From positions 43,834,001-43,898,000 of the forward strand of contig OZ287751.1 of NCBI GenBank assembly GCA_965649765.1: a stretch of DNA of 64,000 bases, given 5' to 3'. Numbering within the stretch: the first letter of the stretch is position 1; each line of letters begins with the position of its first letter. The notes under the pieces were generated by a model that was not told the DNA's origin, ran no database searches, and worked only from the letters and a program-made list of their open reading frames with translations. Origin of the DNA: Bispira polyomma. Taxonomy: Eukaryota. The translations under genes were made by a program, and so were the position numbers. This document shows, piece after piece, positions 42,701 to 54,700 of the stretch.

Positions 42701-45700
42701 CATTAGCCAGAATGTCACATATAAACCCTCTACTGCTCCTGTGACAAAAACCTCTGATCGCAAATCTGCCTTGGGTAGTGTATTTACCATGTCATTTGAT
42801 GATAATGATCAAGCAACAAGTGTAGCCTATGTAAAAGAAAGCAGTGACAAGTGGAAGACACCAATGGATGATCAGAGTGCTAAAACTATGTCCAAAACCA
42901 GTTTACCTCCAATGAGTCAAACCATGGAAGGGAAGTTTCAAAGTACTCACTCTGTCAGTGGTACAGAAATTCCATCCGCAAGGTCATCAGGGAGCAACAC
43001 AAGCCCTGCTCCCATCGTGGCTGTTCATATTATTAAAGAAATACATGATCAAAAAGTGACAGGAGCAAATATGGTTAGATTAGTGGACACGCAGGCTTAT
43101 CCTACTAGAAATGGGATAGATTCCTCTACTGATGACTACAAAAATACATCTTATAAGACTGACAGTGGAAGTTCAACAGAACATGAAACTACTGTTATTG
43201 ATAGAGATGTCTTTAAAACTACAGAGAATTTAGAAACGGTAACAAGCAGACTGATTGAGAATTCAGGTGTTGATGCCAAAATTACTGCAACATACAAAAC
43301 CAGTGCAGATAAATTCAGATTAACTTATCAAGAAAACAGCATATCTGCTGAACAAAGTGTAACTGGATATATTGGGGAAAACGCAAGCTCAAACATGCCT
43401 GTAACTGTGTTGAATATTTCAAAAAGGTTGGACTTATCTGATGACAGCTTTTCCAATTCAACTAGAACAGTACTTGACAGTGCAGATGATGATGTACATG
43501 TGAATTCACCCACAGGTCATATCCTTTTCTCAGAACCTACCAGTTTGCAAACATCTAGGTCTACAGGCACATTAGACTTCAGTTTTGAGAATAAGTCCTC
43601 CATGGAACCTATGAATACTTCATTTCTTGATGTGAAAACTAACAGCTCAAGTGTTAGTGAACCACTCATTATTACAACGTCTTCAAATCCTAACAGCACG
43701 ATAAATCACATTGATTCAGAGTGGAAAAATCAACGAGGTAATGACAATACAGAAAAGTACAGTACTCTTCAGCAGTTGCTTTCAACATCATCAGTAGTAT
43801 CACAGGCCACTGAAGATGTTTTGGACTTAAAGATTTCTAAAATAGTTAATACAGAGGGAACAGTATTAGATCATTCTCCTGGAGAGACTTTAAAAAAGAA
43901 CCCAGATTCTCCGCCGTCATCTACAATAGAATATTTGTCAGCTTTAGTATCTTCTTCTACATCTATGTCCCAATCCACTGAAGATATTTTGTATGCAAAC
44001 AATATGAACACCACAGAAACTACTGAATTGTTGGAGTCTTCTTCAGCGGAATCTACAATACATGGAAAATCACATTCTTCTCCAATGACTGACCATATGA
44101 ATTCCCCAAAGTCAGTGGAAGCTACATCTGCATTATATCCTTCAAAATATGCATCAAAGAATACAGAAGAGTCCTCTGAAGCAGAAACTACAGGACTTGA
44201 TAGTTTGCCTGCAATTTCATCTCTATCTAGTGCATCAGACTCTCAGTACTTGTCTCAAAAGACAGTTGACAACAACAATGTTGTGACATCAGCTTTACCG
44301 AGAAAGGTAACGTCAAATGTTCCTTCTAAAGTTAAAACTTACATGGATACACAGCATATGGTAGATGACACAACAACTTTCTCAGTGGATCCTACAACAA
44401 AAGGATTCAAGCTCCTTGAAAAGAAATTCCTGTCAAACATGGGTGAAGCAGCTCTTTCAACTTTATCTACTATATTTACTACACAAATCACTGACATGGA
44501 TATGGCAGAAACAGGTGTAAACTCTCAAGAAAACATCTCCACAGTTTCCTCCATAAACGAAACATTCATGGGAGGAAACCTACTTCAGAAATTAAAAGAT
44601 CTTAGTAATAATACCAAAGTGAACCAAAGTAATATACACAGTGTGTCGACAGCTGTTCCTATAAGTGACTCAAATTCAAAGCAAAAGTCTGCACACATCT
44701 TACAGGTTTGTATAGACAGGTATAAACAGAGGAAGCGATTTGAACAACGAAAACAGAAATCCGCAGAAAAGGTCACTCAAAAATGGTTGTCTTTACCAAA
44801 TGTGTTATCAGTACAAACTACGACCGTGTCTTATGATCATACTGAAGAGGATTCCACAGAACATGCAGCTGTTCATGTGCTGGTTGATACCATGGACCAA
44901 AACCTGGATGGTAATAGCTTTCTCAGACCCTGCACATAAACTCAGCACCAGAATATATGTAAAGCATGGGCTGGTATGCTCGAAATAGTGCACTCGTGTT
45001 TAAACTTCATACTCAACTTAAATATAGGCCATGTGGAAATCCTTGTACATTGAAATGACCTGTACTTGTGACCATTCGTTTTAATAGAGCTTTTAACACT
45101 GACTTCAAATATCAAGTCAGGTTTTAGTTATGTTTACCCATGTGTCCATGATTCCAGATTTAAGTAAGAATTTTAGTCGAGTATACCTTCGAGAATACAG
45201 CCCTAGATGTTCACCAAACATATGAATAGTACACACATTGGGCATGATCTTATGTCAAGGCTTGTGTATGTAATTAAGTATCGACTCTCTGTCTTTTATA
45301 TTTAAAATTAAATTACACCCGGGGATTTTTCCTCTGAACAAAATGGCCACTAATGTCAAATAGTGCACACTTATATAAAGTATTGAAAACAACCACATAT
45401 GTATACGTATAACTGTTGGGGTGTAATTTAAATAGGTTAGAGCCCTTTGTATGTGTTCTCTTTGAAAATAGAACACAGTTAATGACTCAGTCTCTTCAGA
45501 ATGTTGGTAACTGTACTCTATTGTCAAAGGGAGACCACTAACATGGACCCTAACTTATACTTAGTATAGCATTTTTATAGATGCAAATTTTATTACTTGC
45601 ATGAATCAAGGTTTTCGACCAGGGCATGTCATTATAATAATCTTGCTCATTACTTATATCAATGTGGATAATGTCAGCACAGTAATATAATAAAAAATAG

Positions 45701-48700
45701 GTTTTTGTATGTTTTGGAAATAAAATAACATAACACATCATTTTTTCTTCTTCTGAAATGAACAGCACTTCTCTTTAAAACATTGACATAACTATTTTTC
45801 ACGAGTGAAATTATGGCATGTGCAACACCGTAGATTAGATAATATAAAACATTAATTTCAGGGATGTACAAAATGAACAGCACTGAATATGTATGATGAA
45901 TTCTGAGAAGGTTTTCTGAGAACATCCAAAATATCAAGAAATAATCATATTTTTATATTGTGAAAGCACTTTCAAGTAAAAATCTGGAACTAACTTTTGG
46001 ATTGTGTGGAAAGTAGTAGGGTAAAGGGAAAAAATTGGGTAAACTAAATGTAACTGTGTGGTGATTGATGGTGAAAGCTGTTCACTAATAATGACACCTG
46101 TATTGAAACTGAATATAATAATGTTTAACGAGTTGCTTCTAATATTACAAGCAGATACAGATACAAAATGTAGTTGGTCCCACAAACAAAGGGGGCTTTT
46201 AACCAGCTTTCCTTGTGCCTTAATTGCTTTGAATAACAATAGTCTGCATTTTTTCTGTTGGTTTTCTTAATTTATTTGCTTTATTCTATTAAACCAAAGA
46301 TGCTGTGTTTCTTTAATTTCGCATTTAAGTATTTTTTCTTTGGGTTATGTCTTGTATCAGTATGTTAGTGATATGTATTCAAAACAGGTCTAAAAAGAGG
46401 TAAGTCCTATAGTTACTAAGACATCTTCTAATCTTACATAAGTAATGTATTAATTATATTCCAGAAGATTAAAATTTCTTAAACTTATAATGTGTTAGAA
46501 ATAGGTCACAGTATTATTTGTATTCATAGTTAAATTTACTCTCTGTGCATTTATCTACCTTTGTCTGGTATTCAAAGTACTGATTCACTTTATTGTCGCT
46601 GCTAAAAGATGGCCAACTAGCACCAGTAACTGCCATTCCCCTAACTGTACCAGGAAATGCTTGGGCTAGGGTTGAACCCAAGTCTTCTGCATTTCTAATT
46701 AAGTGTGTTGCCCATTACGCCACATTGGCATAGTTTTCTCATCTCTTATTTACAGTTTGCATTGGGTTTTAACGATATGATGATTTAAGACAAAATTTAA
46801 TGTCAATTTTCTTTATGGGCTGATTTGAGTTTTGAAAATATAATCATTAAAATTCTAAACTTCATGCAAACTTTGTGTTGTGTCTGTATAGTTCATTGTT
46901 TTGTAATTCACTTAAAGTTATAGGGAATCCGTGAGATTGTTGTGTAAACCAGCTGTCTTAACCTGTTTGGCCTTGTTATATATCAATTTACTGCATTGGT
47001 CAATGTTTACAGACAAATCCCAGGATAATAAACAAATAAAAATAGCCTGGTTTGGTGACTTTTTGACCTTTAAACCTCCACATTGTGGTCTGTGAAAATT
47101 GTGGAGACTTGTATATTGTTAGACAAGTCCAAGTTTGAAGACTTTTGTGTTGATGGTTTTGTTATTATGTTATAGTCTATAATTTTTAAAGGTATTTTTT
47201 ATATAAACATATTAGTATACTTATTCTACTCTGCTTAACCTTACATCCATTAAATAGTGCTAGTCAAATTTCAAGAGCTGCCATTCTATGAATATTTTCA
47301 TCTTTTTAAAAGTAATAAATTTTATTACATAGTTATATTATTTAGACCAAGAGTCCACCAATGAGGATCAAGTTAAAGATGTATAATTTCAGAGACAACA
47401 TTAAGCTTGTGTTTTTTATACACACAACCTCAACATACATAACCATTTTGTCTCTGTTGTCAGAATGGAGTAAAGAAGTAAAATATCCATTTGGACAATA
47501 AAAATGTTATGCAATATTAATAAGAAATGTATTATGTTCATATGATATCAAACTCTAGGGACTATAAGCTTTGGGTTAGACGTCTAAAAGTAAATCAAAT
47601 TCACAGAAAACATATCTTTTACCTCTTGTATCTAGATTAAAACCAATCTACAGATATTTCTATTGTATGGCCTTCTTAAAAGCAGTAATTTGCTTTTTGC
47701 ATGGCTCAGACAAATATACAAATGCTAAGGTGTTTTTTAAAAAGACCCTTGTTGGTTTGTTGATGTAGCTATATATTTAAAAGACAAAACCCAGGCAACA
47801 CTTGATAAACAAGTGTCAGTATCTGAGAACTGCTTACATTGGACATCTGGATATACAACAGCTCAACACCTTCATCATGGACACATCATGAATATTAATA
47901 CAAGTCGACTAATACTCACTTTACTAGCCCATATATTATTTTAAAAGATTGATACTTTGCATATTACAAATACTTATTGAAGGTAACATATGTAATAGAT
48001 TTCTAGATATATATAGTTGGTACTTTGCATCTGTATAAAGCACTAGTGTTCTTACTTTATGGTTTAGACTGATCTCGAAGTAATCTAGTTTAAGGTTACC
48101 TCTTAAATTGAGCATTATCTCCTCTATTCAACTGTTTCTTTTAATGGTGGATGAAAAAGAAACCCATCATCTGAACCAAACTTAATTACATTTAATTGTC
48201 ATTATTAAAAACCTGTTATAAAAGGAAATAATTAATTCTTTGAACAACAAAACTGGTGGTTTTGATCCCAGTCTCAGTTGTTTAAAAATGCAACCTTTGT
48301 AGTTAACAACAATATGGGCAGCTAAGTGTGAGTTTAAGGTTAGTAGGGTGACTACATACAGTGTAGTGTGTGAGTAGCCATCACCCTCTGTAGTATTAGA
48401 AGATGCTAGCAGTCCATTAACACTGTGTTTGTAGGAGATCCTTATCTCTGGTCAGTTTACATTAGCAGTTTCCCTACCAGCTTTGTGTATCTTTTTACCA
48501 GTTTGTCCATTCTTTATAGTGCAAAGGAAACCTTACTGTATTCCACCCAGTAGTAACCGCTCAGTAGCAAACACTACTTTGGGAGTTTTCTGGTATTTTT
48601 AAGCAATGAATATTATGTTCAAAACATACTATTCTGTTTCCAGTAATAAAACTTTGTCTTATGTGTTAAAATAGTTGTTCCCTACTATTAAGTATTACAC

Positions 48701-51700
48701 AAATTAACCCACAAAAATCTAAATTTATTACAATCATATAAGTGGACATTTTCATAATTACACAAGAAATATAAACTGTTAAGACCTTATTAGATAAATG
48801 ATTATAAGCTACATGTAAAATTAGAAGTATGTATTCTATACAAGTTGTAACTTATATTTTCCCCACAAAATAAGGAAAATCTTAAAGAGCCCAAGTGCTC
48901 AATTCTGTGGAATATGGTAATTTAGCCTTTAGTAGTAGGTCAGCCCTTACTGTATCTTAGCAGTGTGATACAGTTGTTAATCCATAGATTCCTGCATTAA
49001 GTGTGATTAGTAAAATCTACTTCTAGCTTATTTATCAGAATTGCCACTATTAGTGCTATTTCTTCTAACTTCTGTGTATTTAAGAAGTTAAATATTCACT
49101 CACTGAACTGACAACTATTGGACTATTTAGGATTTATATTGACATTTAGAAAGTGGAGGAATTGATCGGTTCACTAATCTTTATCACCAGAATGATCAAT
49201 GAGATTGATATGTACACAGTACAGTCAGGTGATGATGATATATCTGCCGAAGTCACAAGCACTGACATAACATATTCTTCATTTGCTTCAAATGTGTATC
49301 AGAGACACAGCACAGTAGCGTCTTCGGTGGATCTAATTGCTAATGAAGAGACATTTGACATTACTAATGACTTTACCATTATGATCTCTGACAAGGGACC
49401 ATACAGTCCTCCAGTATATGGTCGGACCAGTTCGACCCTGCCCAGTGTTGTTGATGATGAGTTTGATAACACTGGTAAGGTAACAGGGAGTAGTTCTGAT
49501 GTTGATTTCAGTGGGAATATGGTTAATATGTTTGCAGGACCCACTAAAACCCACCTGGCCTCAGCGGGATGGTTTATAGCTCTGATGTGTGCCATCATCT
49601 TCTTACTTCTCATCTTGTTGATTGTATGCCTGATTAGGAGGAACAGAGGGGGCAAGTATCCAGGTCAGTCACAAACCTAGTTGTGTACCATCGGGAATTC
49701 AACTATTTCCGGCCTGTCTCATATTTTTGGCCTATAATGCTTTTATTATTTTATATAAAGCTTAAATTATTGGTAAAGTGAAGATAAAATTAATGTTTTC
49801 TGTATTTTCTATAAAAAAAACAATGGCTGGTGAGCTATGTCATTTTATTACTTGGTCATGATAAGAGGCCAAAAATACGGTGAAATTTTGAAACAAGACT
49901 TTTAGCATTTTAAATTGTTCTATACTGTAATTGTATCCAATCTGAAATGTTTAAAACAGCTTAAAAAACAATAGTATTATGATACAAGTACAGTAGAACC
50001 TCTATTTTACTGTCATCTTGGGAGAGTGAGAATTTGTTTAGATAATAAAAGGTCGTAAAATAGAAGTGGCATTTTGGTATAAAACAATAGCAAAAAAAAA
50101 AGGTTTGGGAGAATAAAATTAAGTTTGTAAAATCGAATCTTCGGATAAGAGAGGGTCGGATAGTAGAGGTTCTACTGTATACACTATTAAAATGATTATT
50201 TTTTTATAGAAGCTGTGTCATTGCTTTCTAAAGATGTAATTATCTTGGGTTGTAAATGTCTATGGACTAAATTAATTGTTAAAACGTTCTTTTTTTGTTT
50301 CGTTACAAAAGTTTAAAAAAATTGTGGTCCCATGTGACCTGTTGGTTATAGGATGTTGATCTGGTGATCAGGAGGTCTCTGGTTAAAGATTCTACTTGAC
50401 TTTTAGAATTATAATCAAATTATGTTAACAAGAGGATGTATTTGTATGTATATAATGATTACTCAGTGTGTTTGTGAAGCCTGTTAATTTCCCTTTTATG
50501 TGGAAAAACCTTTAACCTCACAAAGGCCTTTTCTTTCAAACTTGACCTTGTTTTGGTAAAAATCCTGTTTTAGTAGAGGTACTTCCCTAAACCGTCAAGA
50601 TTCGACTTAAAGAAGTTCAACGGTAGTTATAGACATCAGTAAGGTTAGAAGCAGCTTGAGTTAATATGTGTATTTTGTAAAATAGATCATAAGTTTATTA
50701 TACAAGTAAATCTCTGTCTATAGGTTTGAATCAATAGATTCTTTATAGTATTTGCCACTTGTTTTTTTCCATTGTACTACACATGGTTGAGGACAATTTT
50801 TGAACATAGGACAATTCTGGACAAAATTTAAAAAACTACTGCAACAAAAAAAGAATTAGAAAGAAATGATCATTGATAATCAGGTAAATACTTTTCCACT
50901 AGTTCTCCTTTTTATATTTGATTTTTGAAGCTTGTGTGCTATAGCTTCCAGAATTGCCTTATGTCCAGAATTGCCCTCACGGGTAGAGTATTTTAGTAGA
51001 TGTATAAAAACCGCTGATATGAGTAATGCTTTAAGGTTTGAACATGCCTTTCCATGTGTTTTCAGTGTATGAGAAGGAGAAGCTGCGTGGTAAGAACCCA
51101 GAGGATGAAGAGGAGAACTTTGGGGAGTACAACAACAAACAGTGAGTGTTTTATGTATAAAAAGATTGATTGGCAAGTAGGCAAAATCAAAATGATTAAA
51201 TGAAGCCTTTTCACAGGAAGAATTATGTTCAAAATCATTCCTCTGCCATGATTAATCTACCTCAGGTTATTTTAGGAAAGAATAAGAATACCTAGATTAT
51301 GATGTAATCTCATTTTGTTAGTGCTAATATTAATGGTCAGATGTATTACAAGTTAAAAAGCTATTCACCTGGGATAGAGGGGGAGGCGAAGTACCACTAT
51401 TAGAAAGCTTAGTCCATGGCAGTATTATCTGTCTACAGTAGATATGGTAGATTCTGTACAAGTTAAATGTCTAGCATCCTTTGGATTTAATTCTACTTAA
51501 TCTGCCTAAACTTAACATTTACTTAGTCAAACAGTAAAATTTGGATAACAATTGCTTAATTTGTAGTAAAATTTTACTAGAACTCGATGTACTTATACAA
51601 AGTCTACCATATTGACTGAGAAGAAAGAATTAGTTGACTATTGTACACAGATAATGAAATATACAGATTACTTTGAATTAATTTTGAAAGCTATATTGCA

Positions 51701-54700
51701 TTGTAAATTTGAGCTTTAGTGCCACTGAGTGTATTTTTTGTGAAGCAATAATATAAATATTTTAATGTTGTTTTGTGCACCCCAAGATTAAGTTCTTTCA
51801 GTTTATTCAATATTTTACCAGTATATTTGAGTTCAATATTTTTGCAGCCATGTTGTGTGTTAGAGGTATAAAATTTAACCTGTAAGTTTCTAGATGTTAA
51901 AGAGGGCCACGGTGGCCTAGTGGTTAGCAAGCATTGCGCTTTACAATCACTGGTCTCTCGCCTCTAGGCGGTGTGAGTTCGACTCTCGTCGATGCCTATG
52001 TGGGAAAGGTGGTAGTTCCTTACTGTGGGCCGCTGGTTTCAGTGCAGAACCTTGATCAACTGTATGCAGTGTTTCCTCCAGCGTTTCCAACTACCCGTCC
52101 CAATATAACCTAAACAGGTACTAGAGTGGACGTTAAATATCCCAATTCAAATTTAAATTCTAGATGGTTAAATACTTATGCCAAAAAAGAAACCAATATT
52201 TTAGAAATAAATAGCTTACGAAGAAGAACATTTCTTTTTTAGTCCAAATACCATGACTATCCCTTCTAAATGCCCCCCCACCCAACACACATTCACCTGT
52301 TAATTTATTTTTGGGATAGTTATAATATGTACAATTTAAAATTCACACCACTTTATCTCTTGAAAATTCTACCAGCACTGACACGTTGTACCATTTCTGA
52401 AGTTAAGAGCAGTGTGAACAAACTCGAGAAATGTCAGTCTAGTCATTTTAAATTTTACATTAAAAAAGAAGTGTAGGAGAAGCAGAATGATATTGATGAC
52501 AATAGATACATGTATATATGATTTTTGTGCATGACGCTTTCCTGATATTTTACTGGGAATTTTTATGGCAGCAAGAGCAGACATGCAATGGTCTTGTTTT
52601 AGTACATTATGATTGCCTTGCTTTCCTGAAAATTCTTGTATGTGTATAAAGGAAAGCCATCTTTAAGTATGTGTGCTTGTAAATACAGTAGCACTTGAAT
52701 TATCTAAACATTTTCGACTCTCCCAAATCACATTTTTCTATTGTTTCATACTAAAATGTAAATTTATGAACCTTCTATTATCCAAACGAAATCTTGCTCT
52801 CCCAATTTGTTCAGATAATAGAGGTTCTACTGTATACACAGCTATACACAGAAGGAGTTGAAGCAAGTCTAGTCAAAGTGTAAAACATACAGTCCACATT
52901 TGACAATATATATCTGTGTCTGGAACACTTGTTTGTTGTCCAGCTTTTGATGTATTGTTTTCTTGTTCTATGATTTTTTGTTTTGTTTCCTTCTAAAGAC
53001 CATACATGCCATTGGAAACCAAAGGGTAAGATATACAGCACCACCATCTGGTGGAAGTAGCCCTGCATTTTATTCAGTTTCCCTGCTTTATGTCGATACT
53101 CTAATAGAACACTGTGTAGTTTTTAGTATACATCAGATTTGGTATAACTCTATTTGGTATACAGTCATTCCAGACAAAGAATCAGTTCCATGTGCACATG
53201 TTTACTACAACCTCTATTTTATGAAGTTTTGTTGTCTTAATATTTGATGAACAAACACCCTTTCATTCTCCCAAATTTGAATTTTCTTGTTCCTTTAAAC
53301 CAAGGTGCCTCTTGTATTTTATAACCCTTCTATTGTCTAAAGAATATCTTTTTCTCCCAACCTATAAAGTATTACTGTCAAACACTTTTTGGTAGAACTG
53401 TTTGAAGTCATTTCCCTTTGAAATAAAGAATACTTTAAAGTCCCCAAATAGGCTTCCTTCTTTGTTTAAATCGACAATGTTAAGTAGAAATCCTGCTTTA
53501 AGTTTAGGTATTTCTTGTGGTCCCTCAAAGTCCGATTTACAAGGACTCCAACTGTATTTACACATTGGCCTAGTCACTTAGAGATGCTAAAGGACCTGGG
53601 TTTGCTCCCAGTCTGAGGTTTCCAAGTATGACCTAGTCCTGTAAGTTCTGATCACTATTCTTACTAATTCACAAGTGTAACCTACCATTATTTTGTACCA
53701 GTGCACAAGGGACTGTTTGATACTCCTATACCAAATCTACTGTATAAAGACAAACTCTTCTCAACCAACACCACCGCCTACAACCTTGCTTTTTTTCTAA
53801 CTCACTGCTTTATTCTTGATAGTATCAAGCTCAGCTTAGATTTATGCATAAAAATGAGTTTAAAAAAAGTATTTTTCGAAATTTAAAAAAAAATTTAAAA
53901 TGTTTTAGTGATACTTTTAGTTTTACTCAACACTTGAATTTAACAGACGTTCAAATCATGATTCCATTCATGGAAAATGTATATATTATTCAGAATTCCT
54001 TATGTTTCTAGTTTCAGTGAGGTTAGGGCTTGATAACTTGAAGAATGAACTCAATTCCTTATTATGTTGTTGTTTTTCCTGGGTACAGTTTGTTTTTATT
54101 GCACAACACCTTATTGCTTTTGCAGTCACTACCTCTTTTAATGTACAGTCAAACCCCTTTAAGTCAAACTCTGGAATTACCTGTTAAGTAGAAGCTATTA
54201 TAAGGTCCATTTGCTATATTTCTAATTTAAATTTACCTTGTTAAGTGTTAAGTGCTTAGTTTATGATAGAAAGTACTTAAAGTCACATTGAAATTTGTCT
54301 CATTAAAAATCAAAAAGTAAAGAGGTTCACTAACAGTTCCTGTGTTCTCCATTATATTAGCACCAAACATTAACCTTATAAGATGGCCTAACACTTGGTA
54401 TGTCTCTTCCACTGATATAGTACCTCATGCTGAATACCCCCTCATGCTGTTGTTGTTGCTCTTTTTACAGTTTTCTACATAACTACCAACTTGATCAAAT
54501 AACATGCTAAAAGAGTGTACACTTTAACTCTGTTATTGACATCCAAATTAAATGTACACGCAGACTGATAATAAAGGATGGACTGTTTTGAAATATATGT
54601 TGATAGACTTACCATTTGTAGTAAAATGGAAATTATTTTTGAATTTTAAAAAAGAAGAAACGCATTATTCTATATTCAAAATTCATATGATTTTTGATGC

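Noticed and set aside
33297-44939. Giant ORF as a stand-alone gene or bacterial adhesin (contamination or HGT)
   Set aside because: The listed start is TTG, there is no signal peptide or anchor motif, and it is bracketed by in-phase splice sites of the host gene. A nested gene is not formally excluded.
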